This document shows, piece after piece, positions 53,635 to 61,446 of a stretch of DNA of 64,000 nucleotides. The stretch is from Pirellulales bacterium (GTDB lineage: Bacteria; Planctomycetota; Planctomycetia; Pirellulales; UBA1268). The DNA is taken from positions 5,169 to 69,168 of the forward strand of contig JBBAVS010000003.1 in NCBI GenBank assembly GCA_040397585.1, in the 5' to 3' direction. The notes beneath the pieces are model-generated. The model was not told the DNA's origin. It saw only the letters and a program-made list of their open reading frames with translations, and searched no databases. The position numbers and the translations under genes are program-made. Numbering within the stretch: the first letter of the stretch is position 1; every line of letters begins with the position of its first letter.

Positions 53635-53837
53635 CGTGATCCTCGCTACATCATGGGTGAAAAGAAGAGCAATCATGCCGTGACGGTGTTCGCTGGGGCG
53701 CCGCCGAAACACACCTGATGGCGGACGAGCCAGCCGATTTCGGTCGATCCCCCAACACGTTTAATTGTCGCCCCTAGGCAAGTTAGAGCGATGTCGGCCC
53801 CACCTGTCAACGAGGCGGCGATGGGGTATCAGCGCAC

Positions 53838-54236
53838 TTAAGGGAAAAGCGCTGCGGGCGGCTGCCGAACCTCCGAAACGCCTGATGAACCGCCGCGTGG
53901 ACCATGATGGACAGCCGCTGTGCCGGGCCGTGCGATCCGGGTCATCGCTGGAGCGAAAACGCCACGACGGCAGGCCCCGCCGCGGCTGACGACGGACGTG
54001 CACGAGCCATCCGCACCGACCTCGCCCCCCGCCACTACCTCGGGCGGCTCGTTTCGCATCACCACGACCGCGCAGCCGGCCGCCGGATTGCCGTCGGCGA
54101 CCCGTAGCTCGAGTCGAACCGGATAGACCCTTTCGCCGCCGCAGCCCGAGACCGCGGTCGCCGCAAGCAAAAGCAGCCTGGCTCCGCGGATCGAAGGCCG
54201 GCGCTGCGCCGAGATCGGATGAGGGGCGCGCGTCAT
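53838..54236 (-). CDS. Small lipoprotein, carboxypeptidase-regulatory-like beta-sandwich type (partner of the DUF1559 gene)
   Basis: It starts 10 nt after the DUF1559 stop. Lipobox LLLLAATAVSGCGG. It continues VYPVRLELRVADGNPAAGCAVVV...GADGSC, similar in pattern to 55376..55831. The C-terminal third looks low-complexity, so a frameshift or wrong end is possible. Confidence 0.5.
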   Translation of the reverse strand: MTRAPHPISAQRRPSIRGARLLLLAATAVSGCGGERVYPVRLELRVADGNPAAGCAVVVMRNEPPEVVAGGEVGADGSCTSVVSRGGACRRGVFAPAMTRIARPGTAAVHHGPRGGSSGVSEVRQPPAALFP

Positions 54237-54245
54237 GGGCTTGGG

Positions 54246-55265
54246 TCAGCGATTCGAGTCGTCGACCGGCATGCCATCGCCGCGGTCGGCGAGCCGGCGC
54301 AGGGTTTCGAGATCCGTGGCGGGCGCCACGGGCCGCACGGACCCGTCGCAGAACACGAACATCACGGCGCCGCCGGCGTGGGCACTGCCGAATACCCGGA
54401 ACCGTTCCTGGCCCACGATCGACGCGTCTGCCGGACCATCGGCGAGTCGATTGGTTTCTTCGCTGGCGGTCTTCAGGCCCGTGCTGTCGCTGTAGGTGAA
54501 ATCCTTGCCCGCCGCACGCATCGAGTAGAAGCCATTGTCTCCGTTGTAGATCGAGGCATCGAAGCCCGGGTCTCCAGCCTTGCCCGCGGGGATGAACTTC
54601 TCGCCCGCGAGCAAGGTCTTGCTCAGCCCGTCGGAGATGTTCTTGGGCTGGATGTCGCCGCGCGGCTGGTCGGTGCTCGCCTTGAAACCGCTGCTGGTGA
54701 TGATCGTGCCCCGATACCTGTCCGGAAAATACTTCGATCCACTCTCCTCGCTGTACACGGGGCCGATACTCCCCGCATAGTCGCCGAGCAGGCCGGGGTA
54801 AAAACCGCTGCCGCCCGGCATCATGTCGAGCGACAGGAACGCGGTGCGGTCGCGGGAGGGGCAGAAATACGCGGGTACCCGATACTCGCGGGCCGCGCGG
54901 TTCTGGTCGTCGTAATACTCCAGGTTGAGCTTCCAGAGCGCGAGCCCCGCCGCGTCCTCCATGTAGGGCAGGATCAGTCCGAACCAGGTCACGCGCCGGT
55001 CGCGCCAGCGGCCGGGCGGCAGCACCTTCTTCGCCGACATGTGGCCGTGCACGGCCAGGCCCATCTGCTTGAGGTTGTTGGCACACTGCATCCGGCGGCC
55101 GGCCTCCCGGGCCGACTGCACGGCCGGCAGGAGCAGGCCGATGAGCGTGGCGATGATCGCGATCACCACCAAGAGCTCAACGAGCGTGAAACCATGGCGA
55201 CGGCCGGGGCATGAACCCGAGACAACCGAACCAAACGCTCGCGGCGACGGCCGGAACGGTGGCAT
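54246..55265 (-). CDS. DUF1559 protein with prepilin-type N-terminal cleavage/methylation domain
   Basis: [51 protein letters not shown] is the canonical type IV pilin-like N-terminus + DUF1559 head. The C-terminal [18 protein letters not shown] block is also typical. Confidence 0.9.
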   Translation of the reverse strand: MPPFRPSPRAFGSVVSGSCPGRRHGFTLVELLVVIAIIATLIGLLLPAVQSAREAGRRMQCANNLKQMGLAVHGHMSAKKVLPPGRWRDRRVTWFGLILPYMEDAAGLALWKLNLEYYDDQNRAAREYRVPAYFCPSRDRTAFLSLDMMPGGSGFYPGLLGDYAGSIGPVYSEESGSKYFPDRYRGTIITSSGFKASTDQPRGDIQPKNISDGLSKTLLAGEKFIPAGKAGDPGFDASIYNGDNGFYSMRAAGKDFTYSDSTGLKTASEETNRLADGPADASIVGQERFRVFGSAHAGGAVMFVFCDGSVRPVAPATDLETLRRLADRGDGMPVDDSNR

Positions 55266-55375
55266 GCGAACGCCCCCCCTGTGGAGCATGAGGATTGCCT
55301 CACGAGACCTGCGTCACGCTGTGGATCACGATCCGAGCAGTGCGGCGGCGAGATCCTGCGGATCACCGCCGGGCG

Positions 55376-55831
55376 TCACTTCGCCTCGAGTGCGAAATCG
55401 GCCTTGTCAGTTCCCGCCGCCGGCACGTCGAACGTGAGGGTGCTCTTGTAGTTGTAGCGCGGAGGCACCCTCTCCCGCTCGTGGGTGCCATTTGCCGAAC
55501 GCTTGGCGGTTTCCGCGTTGAAAGAACAGATCTTCACTCGATGCTTGCCCACGACCGCCCCCGGCTCGCCGCGAATGGTGGCCAGGGTAAAGCGACCGTC
55601 GGTTCCGGTTCGGGCTGTGGACCCCGGGCCCGCGTTCACCTCGGAACCGACGACGATCGGCTGGAAGCTCACGATGCCGCCGGCGAGCGGCTGGCCATCC
55701 AGCGACACGATTCCCGAAACAGGCACGAGCTTGAAGGGCGACGGACTGCACCCCGCGCACGCGACGGCGATCGTCAACGCCGTCACGCCCAGATGGCAAG
55801 CTCGCGATAAGCCGATGGGGATGATCCTCAT
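55376..55831 (-). CDS. Small lipoprotein, carboxypeptidase-regulatory-like beta-sandwich type (partner of the DUF1559 gene)
   Basis: Its ATG overlaps the upstream DUF1559 stop as ATGA (55828-55831). Lipobox LTIAVACAGCSP. VSGIVSLDGQPLAGGIVSFQP...TGTDGRFTL...GKHRVKI is the pattern of CarboxypepD_reg-like domains. Confidence 0.75.
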   Translation of the reverse strand: MRIIPIGLSRACHLGVTALTIAVACAGCSPSPFKLVPVSGIVSLDGQPLAGGIVSFQPIVVGSEVNAGPGSTARTGTDGRFTLATIRGEPGAVVGKHRVKICSFNAETAKRSANGTHERERVPPRYNYKSTLTFDVPAAGTDKADFALEAK

Positions 55832-56904
55832 TGCAGCGACTGGGACTCGCCCCCTTGGATCGTGGCAGCCGCACTGAACACGGTCATGTCGATATTCGGA
55901 TCGACGATCCCGACAGACCCGTCGCAGCGGGCGAACACGATCCCGCCCCCCGAGTGGAGGCTTCCCCAGGCCCGCTTGCAGGTGTGCTCCCCGAGGCCAC
56001 CGATCTCCAGGCACCGGTTGTAGTCCGGCAGCAACGTGCGGCTCTCGGGAAACGCGCTCGATTGGTTGTACGAGGTGTATGGATACGACCAGAGCGTCCG
56101 CCGTTCCGGGGTATTCGACGTGTGGAACTCGCCCACCAAGAGGGTCTTGGATACGCCATCGGTCACCTGCCGGATGCGAACGGGCAGCAGGGCTCGCTGC
56201 CCTCCGGAACGACTCGTGGAAATGTTGTGCATCGCCCCACGCCATGCCGTCGGCAGGGTTGCCTCCGACAGATCGACGTGCGTCGGGTCATCCCAGTATT
56301 CGCTCCCACCCTGACCGAGCGAATAGCCCGACACGGCCCGGTATGACCCAGGGGCCCATCGATACGAGGCGCCAGGGCCGGGCTGGCTCGGTTGCTGCAA
56401 CACCGTGGTGTTGACGTCGCTGGGGCACACGAAGACCGGAAGCAACGCCTGCTGCACGATCTGCGCGGCCTTGAGTTCCGCCATGGTGGTCCCACCAGAA
56501 AGCGGCGCGGGCACGCCCCCCGTCCCCGCGGAGATGCTGGCGTTCTTCCAGCTGTCGAACAGTGTTCCCTGCTCGATGTACGGCAGAACATCGACAGACC
56601 ACGTGGTGTAGTACGGCCCGTTCAAGCTTGCGGTCCTGGTCGTCGAGCCGGCGGGAAATGCCCGCTTCCCCGATTCGTAGGAGACGACGGACAAGGCGAC
56701 TTGCTTCATGTTGCCCATGCACTGCGTCCGCCGGCCCGCCTCACGGGCACTCTGCACGGCCGGGAGCAGCAGGCCGATGAGCGTGGCAATGATCGCGATC
56801 ACGACCAGGAGTTCGACAAGCGTGAAGCCCTGCACTGACGGCCGCTTCGGCGCAGGCGAGCGACCCGTGCGCCAACCGTGCGGCATGCGGAAACGCGTAG
56901 TCAT
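55828..56904 (-). CDS. DUF1559 protein with prepilin-type N-terminal cleavage/methylation domain
   Basis: [53 protein letters not shown], and C-terminal HSGGGIVFARCDGSV. The first 29 residues of the mature N-terminus ([29 protein letters not shown]) are identical to those of 54246..55265. Confidence 0.9.
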   Translation of the reverse strand: MTTRFRMPHGWRTGRSPAPKRPSVQGFTLVELLVVIAIIATLIGLLLPAVQSAREAGRRTQCMGNMKQVALSVVSYESGKRAFPAGSTTRTASLNGPYYTTWSVDVLPYIEQGTLFDSWKNASISAGTGGVPAPLSGGTTMAELKAAQIVQQALLPVFVCPSDVNTTVLQQPSQPGPGASYRWAPGSYRAVSGYSLGQGGSEYWDDPTHVDLSEATLPTAWRGAMHNISTSRSGGQRALLPVRIRQVTDGVSKTLLVGEFHTSNTPERRTLWSYPYTSYNQSSAFPESRTLLPDYNRCLEIGGLGEHTCKRAWGSLHSGGGIVFARCDGSVGIVDPNIDMTVFSAAATIQGGESQSLQ

Positions 56905-56973
56905 GACAGACCCCCCGTAAGGCTGATCACTCGCGGGAATTTGATCCCCGCACTCCCCTGCTTTGATCCTCAA

Positions 56974-57003
56974 ATTCTACGGTGCTTATCCAGTCCGCTG
57001 CAA
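56974..57003 (-). promoter_or_regulatory. Sigma70-like promoter candidate (TTGCAG-N18-TAGAAT) upstream of the DUF1559 cluster
   Basis: The minus strand reads TTGCAGcggactggataagcaccgTAGAAT inside a locally AT-richer patch, ~70 nt upstream of the ATG at 56904. This is a pattern match only. Confidence 0.3.
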
Positions 57004-57222
57004 GGGGGCGTCAACCACATATCACTTACAAATTTTTGCGCAACTATCGCACTGGCTGTCGAAGTCGACCAACCCTGCCAAGGCCGAGGTTTTTCATCTG
57101 AGGACGTCCGTGGCAACCGCCGCCAGACCGCCTCCTTGACCGCTTCCTGACCGGCACGGCTCGTCACGGCGGACCAGCGTGCGAGGACCGCAGCGGCCGG
57201 CCGGGGGCGGTGGATGGTGGCC

Positions 57223-58011
57223 TCAGCGGCGGCTGATCACCAGGTCGAGGCAGCGGAGCCAGAAGTCGGCGTATTTCTTCCAGAACACGAGGTTGCAGCC
57301 CCAATGCGGCGCCGGGTCGGAGGAGTAGCAGAGCACCGTGCCCCGGCCTTCCTGGGCCGCGACCACCAGCGGGTCGCCCGTCTCCTTGATCGTGAGCAGG
57401 GCTTCGCGGCCCGGCTTGAGCCGCACCTGGTTGTAGCCCAGCAGGGGCGGGCAGTCGGTGAGATCGAGCCCCGCGAAGGCCTTCTTGCCCGCCGCGGTCG
57501 CCACCGGCTGATAGCCCTCGGTGCTCTCCACGAGATCCTCGTGGTCGAGGCACTCCACGGGCATCACCTCGCGGAGCAGGGTCCGCCCCCAGCCCCCCTT
57601 GCCCTGCTCGCCGGTAAACGAATACCAGCCCCCGAGCAGCATGAGTCCTTTCCCTTGCCGCACCGCGTCGATCGTGAGTCGGACGCGGTCGGGAAAGGTG
57701 AGCACGCCGTGGCCGAACTTCGCCCGGTCGAAGAAGCTCGGCGCGAGCTGGAAGAGCTTTCCCTCGACGTCGCTGAAGATGATCACGTCGTACTCTGCCA
57801 GGATCCGCTCGTAGGCCCCGGGACCGAGCTTGTAGAACTCCCAGGACGGCACGCTCGTCACCTGGTGGACGCCGGTCGATTCGACCGCCTCCTTGAGCCA
57901 GGTGCCGTAGTTGAAGACGTCGAGCCCCTTCATCGCGTTCTGGAAGGGGGACTCGGCGAACCAGGGGCCGGTCAGCACGGCCCAGTCGCCGACGTAATAC
58001 ACCTTCGCCAT
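57223..58011 (-). CDS. Class-I glutamine-amidotransferase-like (GATase1_like / former DUF1355-type) cytoplasmic protein
   Basis: MAKVYYVGDWAVLTGPWF..., YDVIIFSDVEG..., LMLLGGWYSFTGEQGKGGW... and CYSSDPAPHWG match the conserved pattern of putative-glutamine-amidotransferase family proteins. GGAGGA lies 7 nt before the ATG at 58011. The track start at 58014 is a GTG. Confidence 0.75.
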   Translation of the reverse strand: MAKVYYVGDWAVLTGPWFAESPFQNAMKGLDVFNYGTWLKEAVESTGVHQVTSVPSWEFYKLGPGAYERILAEYDVIIFSDVEGKLFQLAPSFFDRAKFGHGVLTFPDRVRLTIDAVRQGKGLMLLGGWYSFTGEQGKGGWGRTLLREVMPVECLDHEDLVESTEGYQPVATAAGKKAFAGLDLTDCPPLLGYNQVRLKPGREALLTIKETGDPLVVAAQEGRGTVLCYSSDPAPHWGCNLVFWKKYADFWLRCLDLVISRR

Positions 58012-58136
58012 CACGCTCCTCCGCAGCCGCGGATTTGAAAGACCGGCCTCGATCGGGGTAGCCTAGCACGGTCGGTGGGAGCGTCGAGAGCGGAAGCGGC
58101 CGGTCGACGCGGCGGACAACCCTCGTGGAGAAGCCC

Positions 58137-59381
58137 ATGCGAACCCTGCCATCGGTCTGCTGCGGAGTCGTGGCGGCGCTCCTGGTCGCGCTGCCGGTGA
58201 TGGCCCGCGAACGCGCGGTGGCTCCGGCGGCCGATCGCACGGTGGTTGCCCGCTGCGGCGCCGGCTTCCTCGAGGAGGTCGGCGGCCATGCCGTCCTGCA
58301 CGTCGCCGGCACGCCCTACGAGATGGGCTTCCAGCACGGCCGGCTGCTCCGGGAGCACGTGCACGCCGTGGTCCGGTTCCTGCTCGACGAGAAGGCCAAG
58401 GAGATGACGGCCGAGGTGGCGGGCATGGAACTGATGTCGCCGCAGCTCATCATCCAGGGCATCCAGGCGGTGCAGCAGCCTTTCCTGCCCGACTGGTACG
58501 ACGAGGAACTCCGCGGGCTGGCCGACGGCTCGGGCGTGCCGCTGGCCGACATCCGCACGGCCAACTTCATCCCGGAGCTCTTCCACTGCTCCGGATTTGC
58601 GGTCTCGGGGGCGGCCACGGGCAACGAGCACACCTACCACGGCCGTGTGCTCGACTACGGCTGCGACTGGCGGCTCCAGGAGCACCCGGTCGTGATCGTG
58701 GCCAGGCCCGCCGGCAAGATCCCGTTCGTCAACGTCGGCTACGCCGGCTTCATCGGCAGCGTGACCGGGATGAACGCGGAACGGATCAGTGCGGGGGAGA
58801 TGGGGGGCGCGGGGCTGGGCAAGTGGCTGGGCGTGCCGATGGCGGTGCTGATGCGGGAGGTGCTCCAGGGAGCTGACACGCTCGCCGAGGCGGTGGCGGT
58901 GTTCCGCGACAACCCGCGAACCTGCGAATACTACTACGTGCTCGCCGACGGCAAGACCGGCGAGGCCGTGGCCCTTGAGGCCGGCGCCGACGAGTTTCGG
59001 GCGGTGGAGATGGGCGCCACGTGCGAGCGGCTGCCGCATGCCGTCGAGGACGCGGTGCTGCTCTCGGCGGGGGATCGCTACGAGCTGCTCGTGAAGCGGG
59101 TGCGGGAGGCCCATGGCCGGATCGACGCCGAGGCGGCACTGGCGCTGATGGATCGGCCGGTGAGCATGACGTCGAACCTGCACAACGTGCTCTTCGAGAC
59201 GTCGACCGGGCGGTTCTGGGTGGCGCATGCCTCTCCCGACGGCAAGCCTGCGGCCGAGCAGGCTTACCTGGGCTTCGACCTGCGGGCGCTGCTCGCGCAC
59301 GAGCCCGGCCCAGACGCGAAGGAACTGCCGGGACCGGAACCGGCGGCCGTTGGCAAGACGGTGGCCGCCGGCGCGGACTGA
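58137..59381 (+). CDS. Secreted peptidase C45 family protein (acyl-CoA:6-APA acyltransferase-like Ntn hydrolase)
   Basis: Signal peptide MRTLPSVCCGVVAALLVALPVMARE. LHVAGTPYEMGFQHGRLLREHV is the C45 N-terminal block. The candidate nucleophile is in LFHCSGFAVSGAAT, then YHGRVLDYG. The track start at 58125 is a GTG, so the ATG at 58137 is preferred. Confidence 0.8.
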   Translation: MRTLPSVCCGVVAALLVALPVMARERAVAPAADRTVVARCGAGFLEEVGGHAVLHVAGTPYEMGFQHGRLLREHVHAVVRFLLDEKAKEMTAEVAGMELMSPQLIIQGIQAVQQPFLPDWYDEELRGLADGSGVPLADIRTANFIPELFHCSGFAVSGAATGNEHTYHGRVLDYGCDWRLQEHPVVIVARPAGKIPFVNVGYAGFIGSVTGMNAERISAGEMGGAGLGKWLGVPMAVLMREVLQGADTLAEAVAVFRDNPRTCEYYYVLADGKTGEAVALEAGADEFRAVEMGATCERLPHAVEDAVLLSAGDRYELLVKRVREAHGRIDAEAALALMDRPVSMTSNLHNVLFETSTGRFWVAHASPDGKPAAEQAYLGFDLRALLAHEPGPDAKELPGPEPAAVGKTVAAGAD

Positions 59382-59415
59382 GCGACCGGCACACGTGCCT
59401 CGAGAGGACCGGCGG

Positions 59416-61446
59416 ATGACGATCGAAGCGGCCGGCCTGGAGGCATCCAGCGGCTGGTCTGCCGGGGTCATCGAGGGCTTCTACGGGCCGCCTTGGACGC
59501 GGGCCGAGCGGGAGCAACTCCTCGACTGGATGGCGCGGTTCGGCCTGACGACCTATCTGCACGCGCCGAAGGACGACCCCCACCATCGCGCCGTCTGGCG
59601 GCGGCCGCTGCCGCCGGCGGCCGTCGCCGACCTGGCCGACCTCGTCGCCGCCTGCCGCCGCCGGGGCATCGCCTTCGTGTGGGCAATCCATCCCGGCCTC
59701 GACATCCGGTATTCGTCGGCCGCCGATCTCGCGGCCTTGATCGCCCGGCTGGAGCAGGTCGCTGCTGCGGGCGGCCGGGACTTCGCCCTCCTGTTCGACG
59801 ACGTGCCGGGAACACTCGAGCCCGAAGACGCCCGGGCCTTCGCGAGCCTGGCCGCCGCGCAGGCGCACGTCGCCAACCGCGTGCACGAGTGGCTCCGCGG
59901 CCGCGATGCCGCCGGGCGGATGCTCATCTGCCCGACGGCGTATTGCACCCGAATGGCCGACGCGGGCCTCGGCGGCGCCGGCTACCTGCGGGAGCTCGGC
60001 GAGCGGCTCGCGCCGGGCATCGACGTGCTCTGGACCGGCCCTGAGATCATCTCCCGGGAGATCACGGTCGACCATCTGACCGGCGTGGCGAGCCTCCTGA
60101 AGCGGCCCCCCGTGCTCTGGGACAATCTGTTCGCCAACGACTACGACATCGGCCGCTTCTTCGCCGGCCCGTTCGCCGGCCGGCCCACCGCCATCCGCGA
60201 CCACGTTCGCGGCGTGCTCGTGAATCCCAACAACGAACTGCCCCTCAACTTCGGGCCGCTGCACACGCTCGGGGCCTTCATGCGGTCCGGCCCCGACTTC
60301 GACCCGCGGGCGGCCCACCTGGAGGCCATGCGGGACTGGCTGCCGGCCTTCACGCTGCTGCCTCGCGGCGCCGAGCCCCGCCCCGCCATCAATGAGGACG
60401 AGGTCATTCTCCTGGGCGACTGCTTCTACCTGCCGCACGAGTACGGCGCCGGGGCCCGGCAGCTGCTCGAGACCGCCGGCCGGTTGCTCGCCGCGCCGGG
60501 CCTGCCCGGACAGGACGCCGACCTGCGCCGCACGGCGAGCGGGCTGATCGCGTTGACCAATCGCCTCGCCGACCTGCAGGACCGCGGCCTGGCGCACGCC
60601 ATGGCCCGGCGGCTGTGGGCGCTCCGCGACGAACTCACGCTCCTGCTCGTGCGGCTCGACGCCGCGGCGGGACGACCCCGCCCCGACGACGACCATCTGC
60701 CGGGCACGTTTCGCGGCGGCCTCGTCGCCGACCTCCGGCGGCTGCTCCCCTTCGATCCGGGACCGTCGCTGGCGGGCGTCCGCGAGCTCCGGCCGCGGCC
60801 GGCGATCCTGCGGCCGGCCCGGGGCGACGACCTGGCGGGCTGCGCGCGAGTGTGCCTGGAGACCGGCGATCACGGCGCGGACGGCACGCCCTTCTACACC
60901 GACGACCCCGACGCGCTGGCGCGGATCTACGTCGCCCCCTATCTCGCGCTCGAGCCGGGGTTGGCCTTCGTGCTCGAGGACGAGCAGGGGGTCTGCGGCT
61001 ACGTGCTCGCGGCGGTCGACTCGCGGTCGTTTTACGCCCGCTACGACTCCGAACTGCGGCCGCAGCTCGTGGCCGCGTTTCCAGAGCCGACCGGCGACCC
61101 GGCCGGGTGGACCCGCGCCCAGCAGGTGCATCGCTCCTACCACCATCCCGACTACCACTGCCCCGAACCCGCCGCCGAGTATCCCGCCCACGCGCACATC
61201 GATCTCGCCCCCCGGGCCCAGGGGCTGGGCTACGGCGGGCCGATGATGCGGCACATCCTCGCGGAACTCGCCCGCCGCGGGGCGCCGGGCGTGCACCTCG
61301 GCGTGAGCGGAAAGAACCCGCGGGCTCTGGCCTTCTACGCCCGGCTCGGCTTCGTGGAGCTGGAGCGGCGCGGGCCGCCCGACGACCAGACCGTCTATCT
61401 CGGGCTGAAGCTGGCGGCCGCCCCGTCGGGAGCCACGCGGCCATGA
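59416..61446 (+). CDS. Cytoplasmic GH84 beta-N-acetylglucosaminidase (O-GlcNAcase-like) fused to a C-terminal GNAT acetyltransferase domain
   Basis: GH84 blocks are present: GVIEGFYGPPWTRAEREQLLDWM, TYLHAPKDDPHHRAVWR, the catalytic pair in FALLFDDVPG (DD at 59797-59802), VLWDNLFANDYD and GVLVNPNNELPLNF. The C-terminal ~200 aa (about 60800-61400) has the GNAT motif A RAQGLGYGG (61213-61236) and NPRALAFYARLGFVEL. No signal peptide is visible. Confidence 0.88.
   Translation: MTIEAAGLEASSGWSAGVIEGFYGPPWTRAEREQLLDWMARFGLTTYLHAPKDDPHHRAVWRRPLPPAAVADLADLVAACRRRGIAFVWAIHPGLDIRYSSAADLAALIARLEQVAAAGGRDFALLFDDVPGTLEPEDARAFASLAAAQAHVANRVHEWLRGRDAAGRMLICPTAYCTRMADAGLGGAGYLRELGERLAPGIDVLWTGPEIISREITVDHLTGVASLLKRPPVLWDNLFANDYDIGRFFAGPFAGRPTAIRDHVRGVLVNPNNELPLNFGPLHTLGAFMRSGPDFDPRAAHLEAMRDWLPAFTLLPRGAEPRPAINEDEVILLGDCFYLPHEYGAGARQLLETAGRLLAAPGLPGQDADLRRTASGLIALTNRLADLQDRGLAHAMARRLWALRDELTLLLVRLDAAAGRPRPDDDHLPGTFRGGLVADLRRLLPFDPGPSLAGVRELRPRPAILRPARGDDLAGCARVCLETGDHGADGTPFYTDDPDALARIYVAPYLALEPGLAFVLEDEQGVCGYVLAAVDSRSFYARYDSELRPQLVAAFPEPTGDPAGWTRAQQVHRSYHHPDYHCPEPAAEYPAHAHIDLAPRAQGLGYGGPMMRHILAELARRGAPGVHLGVSGKNPRALAFYARLGFVELERRGPPDDQTVYLGLKLAAAPSGATRP

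Noticed and set aside
58786-61296. 836-aa minus-strand ORF, and the 348-aa (60635..61681) and 386-aa (61395..62555) minus-strand ORFs
   Set aside because: They are antisense to the C45, GH84-GNAT and EIIC genes, all of which have strong family motifs. Their translations are Arg/Pro/Gly/Ala-rich.
60615-61442. 276-codon N-terminal extension of the EIIC ORF (track ORF 60615..62732); likewise 62492..62728 for the dehydrogenase ORF and 59227..59415 for the GH84 ORF
   Set aside because: The extensions overlap the preceding genes in another frame and are Arg/Pro-rich. ATG starts forming ATGA overlaps, or preceded by a short gap, give proteins beginning at the conserved N-termini.
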